This document shows, in pieces, positions 59,628 through 64,000 of a stretch of DNA of 64,000 nucleotides. Made by a program: the position numbers and the translations under genes. The first letter of the stretch is position 1; each line of letters begins with the position of its first letter. The DNA is from Desulfobacterales bacterium (GTDB lineage Bacteria > Desulfobacterota > Desulfobacteria > Desulfobacterales > UBA2174). Location of the stretch: positions 288,001 through 352,000 of the forward strand of contig CAXXWC010000010.1 of assembly GCA_963668645.2 (NCBI GenBank). Reading direction: 5' to 3'. The notes beneath the pieces are model-generated. The model did not search any database. It was not told the origin of the DNA and worked only from the letters and a program-made list of their open reading frames with translations.

Positions 59628-59981
59628 ATGGATTGTTTTGAAATGGAGAATCGACCGATGAGAATGCTGGCGGAATTTTTTCCGGAATTTGCCGAAATGC
59701 TCGACCAGATGGATGCCCTTTACGCGCAGCAGCGCAGCATCGACGAAAAGACTTACCAGCTCATCTGTTTTGCGCTGTCCATCAAGGGCCGTTCGAAGCC
59801 TTGCGTCCTCAAACATTTCAAAGGGGCACTGGAAGCCGGCGCCACCGTCAAGGAGCTGACCTATATCCTGGCCCTGGTGATGCGTGAGGCGGCCGGCGCG
59901 GACGACTGCTGGACCCATGACGTCATCGGCGACTGGAAAGAGATCATCGCCGGCAATATCCACTGCGACTGTCCAAAATAG
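59628..59981 (+). CDS. Carboxymuconolactone decarboxylase (CMD/AhpD-like) family protein
   Basis: IDEKTYQLI, CVLKHFKGALEAGAT, C-terminal CDC. Confidence 0.85.
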   Translation: MDCFEMENRPMRMLAEFFPEFAEMLDQMDALYAQQRSIDEKTYQLICFALSIKGRSKPCVLKHFKGALEAGATVKELTYILALVMREAAGADDCWTHDVIGDWKEIIAGNIHCDCPK

Positions 59982-59992
59982 GAAGGTGTTCG

Positions 59993-60223
59993 ATGGAAAT
60001 CAAAGTATTGGGCCCTGGCTGCCCCAAATGCCAGCAGACGGAAAAGATCGTCAAGGAAGCGGTGGCCGAAGCAGGCGTGGCCGCCAACGTGGAAAAAATC
60101 ACCGACCTGATGAAGATCGCCGGCTACGGAGTTTTCGGCACCCCCGCGGTGGTGGTGGACGGCGAAGTCAAATCGGTGGGCAAAGTTCCCAAGAAAGAGG
60201 ATGTCCTCCAGTGGATCAAATAG
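59993..60223 (+). CDS. Small redox-active disulfide protein (thioredoxin-like, MTH895 type)
   Basis: IKVLGPGCPKC...GTPAVVVDGEVK..G. Confidence 0.92.
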   Translation: MEIKVLGPGCPKCQQTEKIVKEAVAEAGVAANVEKITDLMKIAGYGVFGTPAVVVDGEVKSVGKVPKKEDVLQWIK

Positions 60224-60546
60224 AAAACGGCCAGGTTGCACCGGGGAGGCGGCTTGGCAGCGTCTCTCTGTCGCCGGGCCAGATCGCCTTCATCGCCGAG
60301 CGCACCGGGGTCATGAGCATTTTCCACGCCATCAGCGCCTTCGGCTGATGACACGGCTACAAGGGGCCGATCGGTCGGATCGGCAAACCACCGGACAACC
60401 GGGCCTATCGGACTTTCGCGGTGGACGGGATCGTACTTTACATCGAACAGTCCCTGCTTGACACCATCGATCCCGGGCAAAACATCCTGAAGGTGCACAT
60501 GGCTGATTACGGGACATGGGTGCTGCATTTCGGCGATTGCGGATAA
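60211..60546 (+). CDS. Candidate selenoprotein with a G-U-U motif (HesB-like / CC-Se type), 111 aa
   Basis: GTG 60211 with an AAGAGG RBS. In-frame TGA TGA at 60346-60351. 64 further sense codons (GKPPD..YRTFAVDGIVLYIE) to TAA 60544. SECIS-like hairpin follows the TGAs. Confidence 0.7.
60366..60384 (+). promoter_or_regulatory. Bacterial SECIS-like hairpin
   Basis: GCCGATC-GGTCG-GATCGGC. The loop starts GGTC and lies 21 and 24 nt after the two UGAs. Confidence 0.65.
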
Positions 60547-60585
60547 CCTTTATTTTCTCGACAGCAACGGGATTGGGAGGCGGAA

Positions 60586-61013
60586 ATGGCTGACAATTGC
60601 TGCGCTGGCGGCGCTGAGGTGATGATTCTGGCCTGTTCGGGCGGATCCAACGTAGGGCAATTGTCCAACCAGGCGGCCGTGGAGCTGACCGGGGAAGGCT
60701 TCGGCAAAATGTTCTGCCTGGCGGGCATCGGCGGAAAACTTTCCGGTTTCGTGCAGTCGGCCAGGGACGTGCCGCAAATGGTCGTTATCGACGGGTGCCA
60801 GGTGGGCTGCGCCCGGGCATCATGGAGCAGGCGGGCGTTGCGCTGCGCGGCTACCTCGTGCTCACCGACGAGGGGATCGAAAAAAACAAGAATCTGTTCC
60901 CGGAACGCGCCGACATTGAGAAGGCCAAGGCGGCCGTGAAACGGGTGGCGGCGCAAAGCAACGCGGGCGATCCAAAGACCATCAGCAGTGGATGCGGATG
61001 TGATGCTTGCTGA
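60586..61013 (+). pseudogene. DGC-domain (putative zinc-binding) protein with a 1-nt frameshift near 60818
   Basis: ACSGGSNVGQ, MFCLAG, IDGCQVGCA in one frame. The expected continuation (IMEQAG...GIEKNK...GCGCDAC) is in another frame. Confidence 0.8.
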
Positions 61014-61207
61014 TCGACAGTCTTCGGGATAGCAGCGAACTCTGCCGACGGCTGCTGAAACGGCCGGCTGGATCAGGCCGTGGCGGCCGCTTTTGAAATC
61101 TCAGGTTCGGCTCTCCGCCGTTTGGTTCCCCGGCAAGATTTCCAGGCAACTATAAGCAGCCACAGACGAGTGATGGTTCGATGGACCCCAGATGAAGGGA
61201 AAGAGAC

Positions 61208-61735
61208 ATGCTGCTGGAAAGCTACCGGCTGGAGATCTTCAACTCGGCGTGCCAGCCCGGTGCCATGTCCGTCCACTGCTTTGCCCACCTGGACCAGGAC
61301 GTGGGGCCGGCCCTGCCCTATCTGAACGCCGTTTTGGGCGGGTTTGAATACATCAAGGACCCGCCCTCGGTGACCTTCAAGGCCCAGGGCAAGCTGATCA
61401 GCGTGCACGGCCGCAAGATCGCCATCAACGCACTGAAAGACGAGACCGAGGCGCGCAAGATCGTCGAGTGGCTCAAACGGGAAATCAACCAAGCCTGGGA
61501 AAACCGGGCCGATTTAGAGCCGAGCTTCACGGCAGCTCCCCGGCCCCAGGTGATCGAAGTGCTCAAACGCCTGCCCAAGACCAACTGCCGCAAATGCGGT
61601 GAGCCCACCTGTATGGTGTTCGCTGTGAGGCTCTGCGAGGGGGCCAGGGGCGCCGCCGCCTGCCCGGAACTCGACGAGTTCCATCGCCTGAACCTCGATG
61701 GGTACCTGAGCCGGTTCCACCTGGACGACCCGTGA
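61208..61735 (+). CDS. Fe-S cluster domain protein
   Basis: LPYLNA and LPKTNCRKCGEPTCMVFA...CPEL. Confidence 0.88.
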   Translation: MLLESYRLEIFNSACQPGAMSVHCFAHLDQDVGPALPYLNAVLGGFEYIKDPPSVTFKAQGKLISVHGRKIAINALKDETEARKIVEWLKREINQAWENRADLEPSFTAAPRPQVIEVLKRLPKTNCRKCGEPTCMVFAVRLCEGARGAAACPELDEFHRLNLDGYLSRFHLDDP

Positions 61736-61754
61736 CAGTTCATCGGAGACTTTT

Positions 61755-62195
61755 ATGGAGCGATGCAAAATGAGGCGTGCAACCGGTTGGATTCTGGGGT
61801 TGATCCTGGCCACGTTGATGACATCGGCTGCCTGGGCCATGGTACGGCCACAAGCGGTGCAGGACAATCGGAAGGCCGCACCGGTGCTGACCCAGAACTC
61901 GGCTTCATCGCCGGGGACCGGCCGCGTGACCATGATCGACCTGGGCGCCAATGCATGCGTGCCCTGCAAGATGATGGCGCCCATCATCGAGGCACTCCAG
62001 AAAGAATATGCCGGCCGGGCCGACATCCTTTTTTACGATGTCTGGAAAGACCCGGCCCAGGCCAGAAAGTACGGTATCCGGGCCATACCGACCCAGATCT
62101 TTTTCGACCGTGAAGGACGGGAAGTCCACCGCCATACCGGCTTTTTGGACAAGCAAAGCATCGTCGCCATCCTGACCAGACTCGGCGTATCCTGA
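61755..62195 (+). CDS. Periplasmic thioredoxin-family protein
   Basis: Signal peptide, CVPCK, IPTQIFFD. Confidence 0.9.
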   Translation: MERCKMRRATGWILGLILATLMTSAAWAMVRPQAVQDNRKAAPVLTQNSASSPGTGRVTMIDLGANACVPCKMMAPIIEALQKEYAGRADILFYDVWKDPAQARKYGIRAIPTQIFFDREGREVHRHTGFLDKQSIVAILTRLGVS

Positions 62196-62246
62196 CAAGC
62201 GCCCGGAAACCGGCCGGTAGTGCCGTCCCGGGGAGGCCCAGCGCTC

Positions 62247-62954
62247 ATGTTCCATCAGTTTTTGATTGCCATCAACCAGTGGATGAGCGGTGGGTTGGCG
62301 CTGGCGGCTGCCGGTGCTTTTCTCTGGGGCATGGTCAGCGTGCTCTTTTCTCCCTGCCACCTGGCCTCTATTCCGCTGATCGTGGCCTATGTGGGCGGGC
62401 AAAGAACCGTTATCCCCCCCCGGCGGGCCGCCTGGTACGCCATCGCTTTTTCCATGGGGTTGTTTCTCACCATCGCCGTGGTGGGCATTGCATGCGCGGT
62501 TTTAGGCCGCATGCTCGGTGACGTGGGCAGATGGTGGCAGGTCCCGGTCGGGGCCGTTCTGATCTGGGTGGCCATGGGCATGCTTGGCGTGCAGGCCTGC
62601 ACCATGTCCGGGTCGTTGCTCTACCGGTTCCAGCTGCGCGGCATCCACGGCGCTTTTGGCCTGGGAATGGCCTACGGTCTGCTCTCCGGCTCTTGCACCT
62701 TCGGTTTCATCGCCCCCATCCTGGCCATCGTCACCGTACAGCAGAAAATCGTCGCCGGTTCCTTGATGATGCTTCTCTTTGCCGCCGGCCACTGCCTGCC
62801 CATCGCCGTGGCCGGCAGTTCCACCGCCATGGTGCGCAGATTGACGGAAAGCGTTGCCTGGCAAGGGGCCGGTTTGTGGTTCCGGCGTGCCGCCGGGGTC
62901 GTCATCGGGCTGTTGGGCCTTTTTTTTGTGGCCAACCCGCTCATCGGCGCTTGA
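62247..62954 (+). CDS. ccdA: CcdA/DsbD-type membrane electron transporter
   Basis: LFSPCHLASIP and SGSCTFGF, about 6 TM segments. Confidence 0.85.
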   Translation: MFHQFLIAINQWMSGGLALAAAGAFLWGMVSVLFSPCHLASIPLIVAYVGGQRTVIPPRRAAWYAIAFSMGLFLTIAVVGIACAVLGRMLGDVGRWWQVPVGAVLIWVAMGMLGVQACTMSGSLLYRFQLRGIHGAFGLGMAYGLLSGSCTFGFIAPILAIVTVQQKIVAGSLMMLLFAAGHCLPIAVAGSSTAMVRRLTESVAWQGAGLWFRRAAGVVIGLLGLFFVANPLIGA

Positions 62955-63847
62955 GCGTAACCGCACCCCAAACAGCGCACATATACGATACGCCCAAGGT
63001 GCTGATGCTCCTGACCCTGGTGGTCTTCGGCGTCGGCATCCTGCGCAGCTTCTTTACTGCCGAGCGCACCCGGGCCGTTCTGGCGGGCAAGAGTGCCCTG
63101 GCCGGCAGCGTGCTGGCCGCCCTGCTGGGCATCGTCACCCCTTTTTGCTCCTGTTCGGCCGTGCCGCTTTTTATCGGTTTTGTCACCGCCGGGGTCCCGC
63201 TGGGGGTGACCTTTTCGTTTCTTATCGCCGCGCCGATGGTCAACGAGGTCGCCGTGGGCCTGCTCTTGGGCCTGGTGGGCTGGCAGGTCTCCCTGCTCTA
63301 CATGGCCACTGGTCTGAGCGTCGCGGTGGGGGCCGGCTGGACCATCGGCAAGCTCGGCCTGGAACACCACATCGAGCCCTGGGTCACCGGCATGCTTGCG
63401 GTTCCGGCTGCGGTAGTCGAGGAACGTTTGACCTGGCCCGATCGTGTCCGCTACGGCGCCGATGCGGTGCGCGAGATCGTGGCCAAGGTCTGGCTCTACC
63501 TGATCGCCGGCATCGCGGTGGGGGCCGGCATCCACGGCTACGTGCCCCAAGACGCCATGGCGGCCGTCATGGGCAAGGGAGCCTGGTGGAGCGTACCGCT
63601 GGCCGTGATCATCGGGGTGCCGATGTACGCCAACGCCGCCGGAATCATTCCGGTGGTCGAGGCCCTGCTGGGCAAGGGAGCGGCTCTGGGCACGGTGCTG
63701 GCCTTCATGATGTCGGTGATCGCCCTTTCCCTGCCGGAGATGATCATCCTGCGCAAGGTCCTGCGCCCCAGGCTGATCGGCGTTTTTATCGCGGTGGTGA
63801 CATGCGGTATTTTGCTGGTGGGCTATCTTTTCAACGCCCTGATCTAG
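62951..63847 (+). CDS. Second DUF318/ArsP-family permease, apparently shortened at the 5' end
   Basis: YDTPKVL, TPFCSCSAVP, APMVNE, ALSLPEMIIL. Only about 10 codons precede YDTPK. Confidence 0.8.
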   Translation: MSVTAPQTAHIYDTPKVLMLLTLVVFGVGILRSFFTAERTRAVLAGKSALAGSVLAALLGIVTPFCSCSAVPLFIGFVTAGVPLGVTFSFLIAAPMVNEVAVGLLLGLVGWQVSLLYMATGLSVAVGAGWTIGKLGLEHHIEPWVTGMLAVPAAVVEERLTWPDRVRYGADAVREIVAKVWLYLIAGIAVGAGIHGYVPQDAMAAVMGKGAWWSVPLAVIIGVPMYANAAGIIPVVEALLGKGAALGTVLAFMMSVIALSLPEMIILRKVLRPRLIGVFIAVVTCGILLVGYLFNALI

Positions 63848-64000
63848 GCCGCCGAACAAGCAAAGCCGTCAAACCGGCAGCCGCTCGCAATACCACGGGC
63901 GTATCTTGAGAAGAATTTTTCACATGGAATGCATCATTCTTTATTGTACGTGATGCAAAAAGAGAGCAGACTATGTTCCTGCAAAGACATGGCGAATCTT

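Noticed and set aside
61008..61070. TGC-TGA twice in frame after the DGC gene, suggesting more Sec codons
   Set aside because: DGC proteins plausibly end in a Cys-rich tail, the read-through sequence is not protein-like, and there is no convincing SECIS.
1..64000. Many long antisense or alternative-frame ORFs (e.g. 1961..3466, 4793..6574, 39622..41463, 41504..43198)
   Set aside because: They overlap well-supported genes and are the expected stop-poor shadows of high-GC coding DNA.
1..64000. CRISPR arrays, tRNA or rRNA genes, prophage genes, pyrrolysine (TAG) read-through
   Set aside because: No regularly spaced repeats, cloverleaf or rRNA signatures, phage hallmark genes or conserved frames continuing past TAG were seen by eye.

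Overview
GC-rich bacterial DNA whose gene content points to a sulfate-reducing Desulfobacterota (inferred from gene types only). From left to right: (1) a sigma54-controlled CBS/DASS-transporter module and a few general genes (1-9.9 kb). (2) A ~24-kb divergent catabolic locus centred on a FadR/GntR regulator (9.96-34.2 kb). It encodes a multiheme cytochrome c/cytochrome b/NarI-like/CCG Fe-S membrane complex, a degenerate aldehyde:ferredoxin oxidoreductase, a GlcD/GlcF-like dehydrogenase, methylmalonate-semialdehyde dehydrogenase, an arginase-fold enzyme, a radical SAM-GNAT fusion, a PurM-like protein, a class I amidotransferase-like protein and an ABC transporter split between the two arms. 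(3) A complete IS1634-type element with terminal inverted repeats (TIRs) and a 5-bp target-site duplication (TSD). (4) lgt, a nucleoside transporter, an acyl-CoA hydrolase-GNAT fusion, ferredoxin and rubrerythrin. (5) A sigma54 activator separated from a sigma54-dependent chaperone-usher-like fimbrial operon by a complete 2.74-kb Mutator-like IS (8-bp TSD, probable -1 frameshift). (6) crcB, DUF190-CBS and galT-like genes. (7) An ArsR-led permease/thiol-redox operon. This operon hides an unannotated ORF with two consecutive in-frame TGA codons followed by a SECIS-like hairpin, a candidate Sec-Sec selenoprotein. No rRNA, tRNA or CRISPR array was seen. All family assignments come from motif recognition by eye and were not checked by database search.
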